In this document: piece by piece, positions 11,236 to 23,126 of the stretch
Position numbering within the stretch: the stretch's first letter is position 1
Layout of the letters: each line of letters begins with the position of its first letter
Source of the DNA: Mustelus asterias
Lineage: Eukaryota
Assembly: GCF_964213995.1 (NCBI RefSeq)
Contig: NC_135823.1
Span: 20,832,001-20,896,000 of the forward strand
Direction of reading: 5' to 3'
DNA length: 64,000 bases
The notes under the pieces: model-generated
What the model saw: only the letters and a program-made list of their open reading frames with translations
Told to the model about the DNA's origin: nothing
Databases searched by the model: none
Translations under genes and position numbers: made by a program

Positions 11236-14200
11236 ATACAATATTAACATATCTTTATTGTTCTAGTCATGCATCACCTTGTGTCAGTCCTAAATGGTCA
11301 GCCATTGTCCTGAGACTGTAACCTCATTTCTAAATTCCCCAGCAAGGGGACGCAACCTCTTTGTTTACCCTCAGAATCTTTCATTTCATATCACACTTCC
11401 TTCTCCAGAGAATATTTCATAAAACAGCTCCTTCCCCTTTGCAGTACTGTCTCCAAGGCAAAGTATATCCTTCCTTCCATAAGGAGACCAGAACTCTGCA
11501 CAGGGCTCCGGGTGTGGTCTCATCAAGTTCTGAATAAAATTTTATGCATTAGTCCTTCAAATGTGAGCATCGCTGGCTGGCAAGGCGAGCATTTATTGTC
11601 CATCCCTAATTACCCTCTAAGGTGGAATGAGAAACCTGTTTATAGAATAGAATCATAGAATCCTACAGTGCAGAAGAAGGCCATCTGGCCCATCGAGTGT
11701 GCACTGACCACAATCCCACCCAGGCCCTATACATTTATCCTAGCTAGTCCCCCCCCTGACACTAAGGGGCAATTTAGCATAGCCAATCTACCTAACCTGC
11801 ACATCTCTGGACTGTGGGAGAAAGCAGGAGCACACGGAGGAAACTTGTACATTCACAGGGAGAACATGCAAACTCCACACCAACAGTGACCCAAGCCGGG
11901 AATCTAACCCAAGTCCCTGGCACTGAGGCAGCAGTGATGACCACTGTGCCATCGTGCTGCCCCAGGAGGTACATCCACAGCGCTATTTAGTGAGGGAGTT
12001 CCAGGATTTTGACCCAGTGATAGTGAAGGAACAACAATAATCTGGAAATCTCCGACCCTGTCCGCAGCTGGGATTTTCCGGTCCTGCTGCAGTGAATGGA
12101 GACTTGGCTGAGTGCCAAATTCTCCATTCTCGCTGGCAGCAGTGGCAGGGCATCCAACATCGGAGAATTCTAGCCATAGTTCCGAGTCAGGATGGTGTTT
12201 GGAGGAGAACTTTCAGGTGGTATTCCCATGCGTCTGCTGCCCTTGTCCTTCTAGATGGTGGAAGCCACAGGGTTTGAAGGTCCTGTCAAGAGATTCTGGG
12301 CAAGTTTCTCAGGGTATTTTGGTGGTGGAGGGAGCCAATGGTTAAGGTGGTAAATGGGCTGCCAATCAAGCAGGCTTCTTTGTCCTTGATGGTGTTGAGC
12401 TTCTTGAGTTTTTTTTGAGCTGCACTCATCCACGCTCGTGGAGATGGTGGACAGGCTTTGGGGAGTTGTTACTCGTTATGAGTTCCTCATCTCTGATCTG
12501 ATCTGTTCTTGTCTCTGCTTGAAAGCATGTGTTGGAAGGATTTACAGGTTTTTACTTTCCCAAACGCAACTTCTCACACACACCACTTTACCCTTGGGGA
12601 ATAGTGGGGGAAGTGGTGCAAGGGTTCCCAAGCTGATGATCAGCCCATTGAACCACACTGAAGGCTGCTTCTAGACCAGAAAGTCCTCATGTTGGACTCT
12701 AACCTGGAGCTTCTTCCAGTGTTAGGGATACTACCTCTATGCCACAAGGTCTCTAACAGGTTCTTATTTAATCTGTTTGGTTGCATTATGAACATATGTT
12801 CCTTGCCTATCTGGTCCAAGACTGGCACTTAAACCTGGAGCTTCTGTCTCCGAGGTAGATTGCACCACAAGACCACCACCTGTTCTCGTTGTTAACAGTA
12901 TGTATGCACCCAGTCTAGTTCAGTGTCTATTCAATGACAATCCGCAATATGTTGACAGTGGGGGATTCAGCAATGGATGTCAAAGGGAGCCAGTTAGATT
13001 CTCTCTTGTTGGAGATTGTCTGTCTGGCAATGATGTGTGGTATAAATATTACTTGCCATTTATTTTGCTCACGCTGTCTTGATGTCACTGTCAAGTGCCT
13101 TGGCGTCGAGGGCAATGATTCTCAGCTCTGGAATTCAGCTCTTTAATTAGTGCTTGGGCTAAGGCTGTAATGAGGTGTGGTGCTGAGTTACTCTGGCAGA
13201 AACCAAATGGAACAGGTTATTGCTGTGTAAGTGCTTCAGGTAAGAGGTGACCAGATCGAAACCTGTAAGATCCTGAGGGGTATTGTCAGGGTAGACGAAG
13301 ATGAGGAGAATTTTCTCTGAGGGTCGTAGGTCTCGAACACTTCCTCAAAAGGCAGTGGAAGCAAGTCTTTGAATATTTTTAAGGCAGAGTTAGATTCTTG
13401 CTTAACAAGGGGGTGAAGGGTAATCGGGGGCTGACTTTCGCGTGATACACTAGCTCTTGGGGAACCTTTGTTGAAGGTGGTTTTTCTCTCCCTAATGGGG
13501 AAGGAATTGACACGGAATTGGACATCATTTCTGACTAGACAGATGTGTGTAAATCTTTGCTATATTGTTATTAATCCAGTCTGTTCTTTGTATATTTTTG
13601 GTTTGGATTGACTCTGCCAGCAGATAGTCTAATTGAAGAAAGAACAAACCAAAGCATTAAAAAAAAAAATGTTAAAGGAGCAGTTGAAATGCACACGGTC
13701 AAAACTTGAGCACGGTACAATGCAGTTTTCCTGACCATTTATTTCATTTCTCCAGATGCTGCCCTACATTTTGTTTCTTTTTTGCTTTTCCTCCATAGCA
13801 AGGACCTTTTGTACTGCTGCCTAACCATGTCCTCAAACCTCCAAAGGTTACCATACTCACACTAGTGAGGAGGCCAGCACCTTAGGCACACATTATTTAG
13901 GTTTATTTATTATTGTCACAAGTAGGCTTACATTAACGTTGCAATGAAGTTACTGTGAAAATCCCCATGTCACCACACTCTGGCGCCTGTTCGGGTACAC
14001 TGAGGGGGAATTTAGCATGGTTAATGCACCTAATCATGTCTTTTGGACTGTGGGACGAAACCGGAGCACCCGGAGGAAACCCACATAGACACGGGGAGAA
14101 TGCGCAGACAGTGACCCAAGCCAGGAATTGAATCTGGGACCCTGGCACTGAGGCAGCAGTGCTAACCAATGTGCCGCCCAATGAAAGTGGTCAGATGAAT

Positions 14201-14245
14201 CTTCTGATGTAGAATTTCAACCTATTAAATGTATGCTTTGACCAG

Positions 14246-14504
14246 GTGACTCTGAAGATATTGAGGAGGAAGAGCTGGTAGATGAAATAGTGCCTGAGCA
14301 GACAACTGAGGACACCCTTTCGGTCAGTTCCAGATCCAGCACGGAACAAGAAGCCAGTCTCACTGCTTCCCCGACCCATTTATATTTTGAAACCGAAGAT
14401 GGTGCTGAAGGTAGCATTGCCTCAGAGAATGCCACTTCCTTGTCTGCTCAAGATGCTTCCAACAGAAAAAGGCTCCAGCCTTGTCTGCTGCAGTGTTCCT
14501 TCAG
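14246..14504 (+). CDS. RNF151: RNF151-like acidic/Ser-rich exon
   Basis: accag|GT GAC...TTC AG|gtaatt; GDSEDIEEEELVDEIVPEQTTEDTLSVSSRSS...LQCSF, open, phase 1 in and phase 2 out. Confidence 0.65.
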
Positions 14505-16013
14505 GTAATTTACTTTTCTTTCAACAGATTCCAAAGACATTTTAAAAAATTCTCTCATGGGAGTTCGCTGTTAAAGGAGCCTTGGTAAGTTGCAGTGCAC
14601 CTCGTGTGTGTCGGTGGTGGAGAGTGTGAATATTTAGGTTGGTGGGTGGAGTGTTGATTGAGCAGGCTGCTTTATCCTGAGTGATCTTGAGCTGCTTGAG
14701 TGGTGTTGGAGTTGCACTCATTCCATCCCACCCCTGACTTGTGCCTTGTAGATGGTGGACAGGCTTTGGAGAGACGGGTGGTGAATTAATCGCAACAGAA
14801 TTCCCAGCCTCTGACCTATTCTTCTGGTCACGGTATTTGTATGGCTATTCCAATTCCGTTGCTGGTCAATGGTAACATCCAATATATTAATAATGGGGGA
14901 ATCCATTGCTGATAAAGGCATTGAATGTCAAGGGGAGATGGTTAGATTCTCTCTTGTTGGAGATGGTCATTGCCTGGCACTTGTATGATGCAAATGTCCG
15001 TTGCCACTTATCCCAGGTCTGAATGTTGGACACAAACTGCTTCATTATCAGCGAATGGTGCTGAACATAGTGCAGCCATCACTTCTGACCGTATGATGGA
15101 AGGTCATTGAAGATGGGCGTGACTGCTGAACTCCTACAATGATGTCCTGGGGTGGCGAAGTATGGCCTCCAACAACGCCACCCATCATCTTTTGTGCTAG
15201 ATATAACTCCAAGTGGAGGGCTTTCCCCCTGATTTCCATTTACTTCAACTTTGCAAGGGCAGTTGAGACTCCGAATAAGAAATGAGCTGGTCACTAAAAT
15301 GTCTGCTTGGTGCTCTAGAATCACAATTTGGATTAAAAGCTTAATGTTGCACAAATGTCTCCATGTTAGCTTAACAGACCTGCCAACTGGTGTATAATAG
15401 CTTTAATTATATTTAAAATGTGTACAGCACTATGGGATATGTTGCTACTTGTTAATAAGCACCGTATTGAAAGAATTAACCTACTAGTCCCTAAAATCTC
15501 TGCAGAATGGCTAACCTGGAGTATTTCTGTCATCCTTGCTGATCCCTAACTAACCCATCAGTGAAACTATGAACGTTTTGCCTCTGTAGGAGTTTGGATA
15601 GGATTGTGTTCAGTGTTTGTAGAAAGTATTGGGCTAACATGAGCCATCTATTTCATTCTTATATACTCAGCATTGTAAATTAGAGGGGAAACAGAAGGAG
15701 GTTGTCCCTACCTTATCAGATTGTGAGAATGGAGTATGTATAATGGGGGGGACGATGTGGAGGATGTTTGTAGCATTCCATCAAGCAAATATGGATGTTT
15801 CCAACTGAACAATCTGTTTAAGGAATCAGGTATTCTACTGACTTCCCCATATTTTAAACTAACGAGTAAATTTGCATTTAGATCACTTTTAAATGCACAG
15901 TATTCCTTTTATTAATTACATGTAGAGATCTCATCAAGATCTGATTTCCTTTTGTCTGAAAGCAGCAACTCCAGCTACAAGAGAACTCCATTCCTCTTTC
16001 TTCCCCACTTTAG

Positions 16014-16089
16014 GCGCCGGAAGTCCATTTGGAAGCGCAGCGGCCTCGGCTTAAGGTTTCTTTCCTGGAGACATACCCAGCCACGTTAG
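16014..16089 (+). CDS. RNF151: RNF151-like putative terminal coding exon
   Basis: Strong pyrimidine tract ttcctctttcttccccactttag|G; (R)RRKSIWKRSGLGLRFLSWRHTQPR*; followed by repeat-poor AT-rich UTR-like sequence and AATAAA at 17579. Confidence 0.55.
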
Positions 16090-17578
16090 TAATATTGTGT
16101 TCCCTTTTGTCAGTTGATCAAAGACGAAAAGCTTGCACTTGTTAATTGCTTCAACTGAGTTCATTTTTGCTTATTTCCATAATTTGTGCTGTTGCCTTTG
16201 AGAAGCTTTTCAATAATTGCCAATAGTGTGAATGGTTGTAAATTTGTTCTTTATTCTTGTTGAGTTTTTGAAAGTTGGTGGTCGCATCTAGAACTGCCCT
16301 AAGTATGGTAATTCTCCAGTGAAGGATTAGGTAACACTTTTAAGTATAGTGCCAGCCAGATGTAAAGCCGCTCCTGCATTAATGCACCTCTACTGCACCG
16401 TTTGTTGTACCAGCTCAGTATGGCATGTTCTTAAGGCTGACAATCATGAGCAATTTTTTTTCCATGTCTGTGCTCATGGGAACTGGATTGAGACTGGTTC
16501 ACACAGTTGGCTGCAAGATGAGGTGTGGATGATCCATCCAGTTGTCAGCGCAACTCCACTGCAGAATTGCCCACTTGTCAATGTTGCTGAAAGGCCACTA
16601 ACCTCGGTCTTCAGAATGGAACGAGCAAGTACTTACAGACCACCTTGAAGCATAGACATCTGAACAACCAGTGCCCCAAATGGACATGCTGTATTTCCCC
16701 CAAATCCTTGATTTCTTTCCTTCACCACTACCAAGTAAGTATGTCGGTACCAATCTTGCCTTGAGATATTTATCAAAATTAAACTGGTCAATAAAGGTGA
16801 CTTCAGTTGTACGTTTAGACTACAGGCTTAAGCAATGGTGTTCTATCGCACCCCCAAGTATTGTTTTGAGCTCTTCAGTTAACATGCTAAATATTATAAA
16901 CACAGTGCAGAACTTCCAGCATTTATTTCCATTACAAATGTTTGACTAATCATGACCAATTTTCAATGCATTTCTTTTTGTGAAAATCAGATTTATGGAG
17001 GTTGAGACGAACAGAACATTTTCCACTCTCGGTCAGTGTTGACCAGTGAATTCAAACTTTGCAGCAGTTTTATACAGCAGTAGACAATGCTAATTATTTG
17101 TAATTTTATGTACAAAGGTTATGCTTTTGCTCTTTTTTTTATGAAGTGTATTAGGAGCACAAAATTAACTTCGCCACAAGTGGTTTAGTGTATGAGAATT
17201 CTACTCCAATTCCACTCTATCGATCTCTAATTTAAGTATGGGACCAAATACTTAAAAAAAAATAGGAGGCAATCGAGGAGAAATTAAACCCTGGATGGTA
17301 AAAGCACACTGGAAAGAGTGGGAAATTAATCTTTCCTGTGTCAATTTTTTGCCTAAGAACTTGCATTGCAATATTTTCTATTCTGTATAACTCCAGTTAA
17401 AATTTGAAAAGGGCAATTGTGGCTACATAATGCTAATGAAGATGTTCTTTTGATTAGTTATTGAATCTTGTGTTATCTGCCTGGCTGTGCTGTTAGTGTT
17501 TGTTTGAACTTTTGCTTTTTAATTTGCAGCATCTAGTTGTATTTGACTTTTCTATCTTGTAAGTTGAAATTTTTTCAA

Positions 17579-17584
17579 AATAAA
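17579..17584 (+). terminator. Candidate poly(A) signal of the RNF151-like gene
   Basis: AATAAA after a U-rich 1.5 kb stretch; repeats resume shortly downstream. Confidence 0.4.
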
Positions 17585-19409
17585 AAGTGTTGGCATTGAA
17601 GTGCTTTTTTCATAAACTCAGCTAAGTATTCTTAAAACATGCTTCCATCACTCTTTGTGAAGAAAAATGAGCATTGACTGACTTTATATGCACATCCCTA
17701 CACTAAGCTGGTATCAATTCTCAATGTGTAGCTACTGCCTAAGGTATTTCAACTTCTAATTACCAGTGAGTTATTTTTCACATGCATGTCACTGGCAAGA
17801 CAAATTCATATTTGCCCACTAAGGTGTTGGTGAGCCACTGCAGATGCAGGTACACCCACAAAGCTGTTCGAAAGGGAGTGCCAGAATTTTCACTCAAAAC
17901 AACTGAAGAGATTATTTGGGAACTTGTGTCTGCTGACCTTGACTTTGTAGGTGGCAAAGGTCATAAGTTTGGGAAGGTGCCTTTTGACGGCTTGATGAGT
18001 TGCTGCAGTCATTGTTGAAGGGAGTGAATGTAGTGGATGGGGCACTGATCAAGCTTGACCTTGATGGTGTCAAGATCCTTGTGCTGTTGGAGCTGCACTC
18101 ATGTGTGGAGTATTCTAACACTCCTAAGATGTGTTTTGGATGGTGGTGGACAGACTCTGGGGAGTCAGGATGTAGTCACGCACTCTGGAACTCTGATTTG
18201 CTCTTGTAGCCACAGTATTTATATGGCTGTTTCGTAAGTATCTGGTGAATGGCAATCCCCAGGATGGTGATGGGGGAATTTAATAATGGCAGTGCCATTG
18301 ACAGGGAGAATACTATGTCACTTGTCAGCTCAAATGTGAATGTTGTCTAGGTTAACTGTTACATTGACTCACCTTGTGTTACTGAACACTTTCCTCTTCT
18401 GACAAGGTCACTGAAGGAACCTCGTGGAATGATTGGCCTCCAACAATCACATCTAACTTACTTTTGTGCGAAGTACAACTTCAAGTGGCACCAACTTCAA
18501 TTTTGCTGGGACCCCTTGATGCCAAAGGCAATCACTCATCTTAGGGTTCTCAATTTGAAAGACTGCATTCATGCAAGCAATACTTAACACACTTCCTACC
18601 GAGTGCAGAAATATTGCAGTATTATGCTTGAGTAGTGCTGTACTCATTTATGATTCACTCCAATAAGATTTCTAACTTTGAAGTCAAGTATCATTTGCTT
18701 ATTAAACATAAATGCTTGAACAGTGAGTGGTTTTTTTAAAAAAAAGTGAATTAAGTTTACAAATTGTGCAGCATTCATACATTATTGGAACTGATATATG
18801 TAAAGCACTTAAAATAACATTGAGAACTGGAACCATGTAAGGAATTTAGTCAAACTTGCCTTGATTGCTTTATTTTACATTAACAGCATTATAGAAATAC
18901 ATAGTTTAAAATAGTACATATGAAAACTTAACAGCCATAAAGTAAACTTCAGATAATTAAAAGGGTTGGAAATCTGGTTAGCAGCACTTGTCAGGGGCAG
19001 AGAAGAGTTAAATAGTTACATCACTTATTTACAGCCTTTATTTTAGTAAAAACTACATATCTCTGTATCCGTGGAGAGAGTTAGTGTTTTGAGTCCTATA
19101 TGCCTAACTTTTATTTCAGATTTTCAGCAGCCACAGTATTTTGATTTTTAAACATATCTTCACAAAACCTGAACAAAGACATTCTAGAAATAAAGGCAGT
19201 GCATGAAGCTTAAAGTGTGGTGCAGCTCAGCTGCCAACCACATTCAGAGGGGCTCAGTGCAAAGTGTGCTGGTTATCTCTCCTCTCTGCCACCCACCCCC
19301 CAAAACCACATCAGCTCTTTGGTCAGTGGTGGACCTGTGACCAAGTAGCTGAGGAAGACAGCCATATTGCCAGTTCTTATAATGCCCATAGGATATGCTG
19401 GGCAGGGGG

Positions 19410-20620
19410 CATGAAGACCCAAGACATTTTATTTATTTTTGGTTGTGATGTACACTTAGCAATGTAGTTTTGTTTTCTCTCATTGCACATAATCTGTTGT
19501 ACCTACAATGAATTTCCACTAAGAAAAAAAAATCATTCTAGTCTTCGGAGCCTAGCTTCGGTTTGGCTGAAAGTTCATTTCCTTATTTGATGCCAGACTT
19601 CTGATTCTAAAGACCATACCTGTAACCGACAACAAAAATTAAATCACAAATTAAAACGCACAACTGCAAGTAAAAAATGCTCTCAAAAAAGGAGTTGTAA
19701 CAAAAGTTATTTATTGGCACACGGGTTTTATTGACCACAAGCAACACAGAAGTGGGCAATAAGCTTTAGTGTGCCTTTTAATGTAGGCACTCTTATCTTA
19801 CCCACAGTAACTAATAATGCTGTTGGTAACTTTCAGAGGGTGCCATGGGTCACACTAGTAACAAGTCTCAACACCGGGTTACTGTCCAACACCGGCATCT
19901 CCACATCATGGGTCACACTACCCAGTTCACAGAGCACATGGCGCCAGGTTCTGAACTAGGTCATTGGTAATAGTGACAATTTCTATAAAATATAGATTAA
20001 TGCCAGGCTCCAGATAGTTATTTGACAGGAGTGGCACTCATTTTAGACATGGCAGATATACCCATGGTCAGCAAAGAAAATGAACTCACTTTGGGGCCAT
20101 GAAGACAGGTTTCACCATTTGCAGGTTGTATTTCCACCCCAATACATTTAAAGTTAACATTTAGAAGACTTTAACCAGGGTATAATTAACACCATCGCTT
20201 TTTAATAAATGTGAAAATTATTTTCTTAATTTCACAAAACATTTCATATTAAAGTGATGGGGAGTTTATTTTGGAATTACAAAACACCTTAGCTTGAAAT
20301 GAACAAAAAAGATGTTTAACAATGTTTTTTGTTGTTAAAAATATACTTTATTTGTAAAATTTTAAAAGGCTGTAATCAGCTACAGTAACTACAACACTTA
20401 CCCCAGCGCACCGTCTTCACTGCCTCTTAAACAGCAGCAAATACTATTTATAGGGCGGTGAAATGCTCACCCTAAATCTGAATAACACAGAAAACAAAGG
20501 CGCTTCTTGAATACGTCTCTAATGATCTATGCACGATCTGGGGTCTGCACTCGCTCTTTGGAAACCCCAGAATCTGAATAATACAGATAACAATGATAAT
20601 GCAGACAGTAAGGGGAAATG
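19410..20620 (-). ncRNA. SNHG9: SNHG9-like non-coding snoRNA host transcript (ends approximate)
   Basis: Minus-strand donor GG|gtaagt at 20401-20396, acceptor ttttgttgtcggttacag| at 19620, AATAAA near 19430; the intron contains an H/ACA snoRNA; divergent from RPS2 exon 1 as in human. Confidence 0.55.
19709..19845 (-). ncRNA. SNORA78: H/ACA box snoRNA, SNORA78 (ACA64)-like
   Basis: Hairpin ggcaccctct...agagtgcc, H box ACATTA (19784-19779), hairpin ggcacac...gtgtgcc with pocket GCT/AAACCC, terminal ATA+3 nt; about 90 nt upstream of a 3' splice site; syntenic with human SNORA78. Confidence 0.8.
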
Positions 20621-20629
20621 ATATATACT

Positions 20630-20830
20630 CGGTCCGGAGTCCCCGGCGAGAGCTGGTGTGAGGTCTCGCGAGATTCCGGAGGCTTTAAGTAGGCCGCGCG
20701 GGCCGACCTCCGGCCTCTGACTGAAAATTATCACGTAAGTGGCGGCAGTTGGGAGCGGCGGCAATCGGTGTAAAATCAGAGCCATCCGCCTGCCAGCGGC
20801 TCAGATAAAGGCTGCAAAATACCCGGCCGG
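20630..20830. promoter_or_regulatory. CpG-rich bidirectional promoter RPS2/SNHG9 with TCTCGCGAGA palindrome
   Basis: Dense CpG; perfect TCTCGCGAGA at 20664-20673 (motif typical of ribosomal-protein and housekeeping promoters); tttaagta at 20684. Confidence 0.75.
20705..20734 (+). other. RPS2: RPS2 non-coding exon 1 (start approximate)
   Basis: Pyrimidine-rich cctccggcctct start followed by ...tatcac|gtaagt donor at 20735; exon 2 begins caaATG. Confidence 0.6.
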
Positions 20831-22576
20831 TCTTAATAAAGCGTCTCGTGTGATTATTTAGTGTTTTTAACGTGAAAGGGAATGGATGATGAGGGAGTTT
20901 GGTGGGGAGCTGGCTCCATGTTTGCCTGGGACTGGCGGCATGCCCACATTTACTTGGATAGACCCCCTCTCTTTACTCTGCAGTGAATTTTCCGGATTAA
21001 AATTCACCTTGAACCGAAGCTGATGGGAGTGAGAGGAGGTGTGGATGTTGGCCGCTCACCCACATGGAGTTGGGCCCTCAGATTGCTGCAGCCTGAAGGA
21101 TAAGCACTTCTCAATCCTGCCTCTCACTGTGTGTGTAAAACAAAAAGGGAATAATTCAACCAGGATAAACCCAGGATCTTCCAATCCTGTATTACAGAAA
21201 GCCAGTGGAGGAATAATCTCACCCTGCCATTGTGAAATGATATTTTGAGGCTCTGGTTGACCTGAATTGTTGTCTTTATCCTGAACTGCTTTCATATCTG
21301 TGCAGGAGTGGTTCTGCTTTCAGTATGTAGAGGACATAAATGAAATGTATAACACTATAGCCATCAGAATGAGGCTACGGTTATGGGTAATACAATGGCT
21401 AGCACTGCTGCCTCATAGCGCCAGGGACCTGAGTTCAATTCCGGCCTCGGTCACTGTGTGGAGTTTGTACATTTTTCCCCGTGTCTGCGTGGGTTTCCTC
21501 CGGGTGCTCCGGTTTCCTCCCACAGTCCAAAGATGTGGGGGTTAAGTGGATTGGCCATGCTAAATTGCCCCTTAGGGTCAGTAGGGTAAATTATGGGGAT
21601 AGGGCCTGGGTGGAATTGTTGTCGGTGCAGGCTTGATGGGTTTATACATGTAGGGATTCAATGATATCTGCAGGAGTGGTTGTGCTTTCAAAATGTAGAG
21701 GACAAATAAAATGTGTAAAGCTATAGCCATCTAAATGGAGGCTACGGTTATGACAGGACAGTAGTTTTGGAGCCAAGTGTTAATGGTCTCGCCCCAAGAA
21801 TTCAGAGGTTTGTGTGCTAAATTATCACCCTTTGTTGGACTGCCAGCCTTCGTGCAATACACCCTGTACGCCAAGTATGGTGATAGCTTTCAGATGAGAT
21901 GTTGAACTGAGACCTTATCTGTCTCTGTAGGTGGGTGTCAGATTTCATTGCTCTACCTCAAGTACAGGGGTGGTGTCCTGCCTGATATTTTTCTCTGAAC
22001 CAGCATCCGTACACCTGAGCTATCATCATTATCTCATTACCATATTGCATGTTGACTGCCATGCCGTGAGGCTATGAAAGGGACTATATAAATTAAGCAG
22101 AGTAGGATGATGGGGGCAAAGATCAGTACCTTTGGCTCTGTCACGCAGCTATCCAGATTCAGCCTCTAAGCTTTTCCTTTTAAAGTATCCAATTCCTCAC
22201 AGAAAGTTAGTTTTGAATCTGCTTCCATCAACCTTTCAGGTGGTGCAGCAGTTTGAGGTGGTGACCTTTTGAAAGTCTTCAAAATTGAAGTGTTTCAAAC
22301 TCAGGGTCATTCGCACTGACAGTACGATCACTGTACATAAGTAATGATTCAGATTGTGATCGACACAGATAAAGTTGAAAGTGCTGATACGAAAATGATT
22401 TGTGTTTTCGTGCAAGTACTGCATTAGTTGTTGTGGAAACAGCCCCTGGTATAGAATGTGATTTGAACAGCAACCATGTCAAAAATTAGTGCCACTCGAA
22501 ATGCTTCCAAAATGATGAATGTGCTGCGACGGGAGCTTTTGATCGCTTAATAAACTTCACCTTTGTGTTGCAGCAA

Positions 22577-22711
22577 ATGGCGGACGACGCCGGTGGTAGA
22601 GGAGGTTTCCGCGGTGGCTTTGGCTCTGGTGGTCGTGGGCGGGGCCGAGGCCGCGGTAGGGGCCGGGGCAGAGGCCGTGGTGCCCGTGGTGGAAAGGCTG
22701 AAGATAAGGAG
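22577..22711 (+). CDS. RPS2: 40S ribosomal protein S2 (uS5), first coding exon
   Basis: [16 protein letters not shown]...[12 protein letters not shown]|gtaaga; RG-rich N-terminus. Confidence 0.98.
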
Positions 22712-22826
22712 GTAAGATACGACGTCAGCGTAAATTTGTGCAATGAGTTTGGCAATTAATGTACTTAAAATTCATTGTTTTGGCATGAGCCCCTGAAACG
22801 TCTTCCCTTTCATTCTCCCTTCACAG

Positions 22827-22916
22827 TGGGTGCCAGTAACTAAGCTTGGGCGTTTGGTGAAGGACATGAAGATCAAAACTCTGGAGGAAATTTACCTCTT
22901 CTCCCTCCCTATCAAG
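22827..22916 (+). CDS. RPS2: RPS2 exon
   Basis: [30 protein letters not shown], ag/gt flanks. Confidence 0.98.
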
Positions 22917-23018
22917 GTAATATTTGAGATATTTTCCACCTTGTAAATGCCTGCCAGCTTTAGTAAATCTACCTTTTGCAGTGGGCATTACTCTTATATA
23001 ATTCCCCTTTCCGTCTAG

Positions 23019-23126
23019 GAGTCTGAAATCATTGACTTCTTCCTGGGATCAGCATTGAAGGACGAGGTTCTGAAGATCATGCCTGTACAGAAGCAAACTC
23101 GTGCCGGTCAACGTACAAGATTCAAG
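23019..23126 (+). CDS. RPS2: RPS2 exon
   Basis: [36 protein letters not shown]. Confidence 0.98.

Noticed and set aside
15671-15830. Possible additional RNF151 exon
   Set aside because: The candidate acceptors I tested give stops in the phase required by exon 14246-14504
18360-18470. Extra minus-strand donors suggesting more SNHG9 exons
   Set aside because: No matching acceptor or snoRNA could be assigned with confidence
20521-20578. C/D snoRNA-like stretch (aatgatc...ctga with internal hairpin)
   Set aside because: C box is imperfect, there is no terminal stem, and it lies upstream of the RPS2 start rather than in a + strand intron
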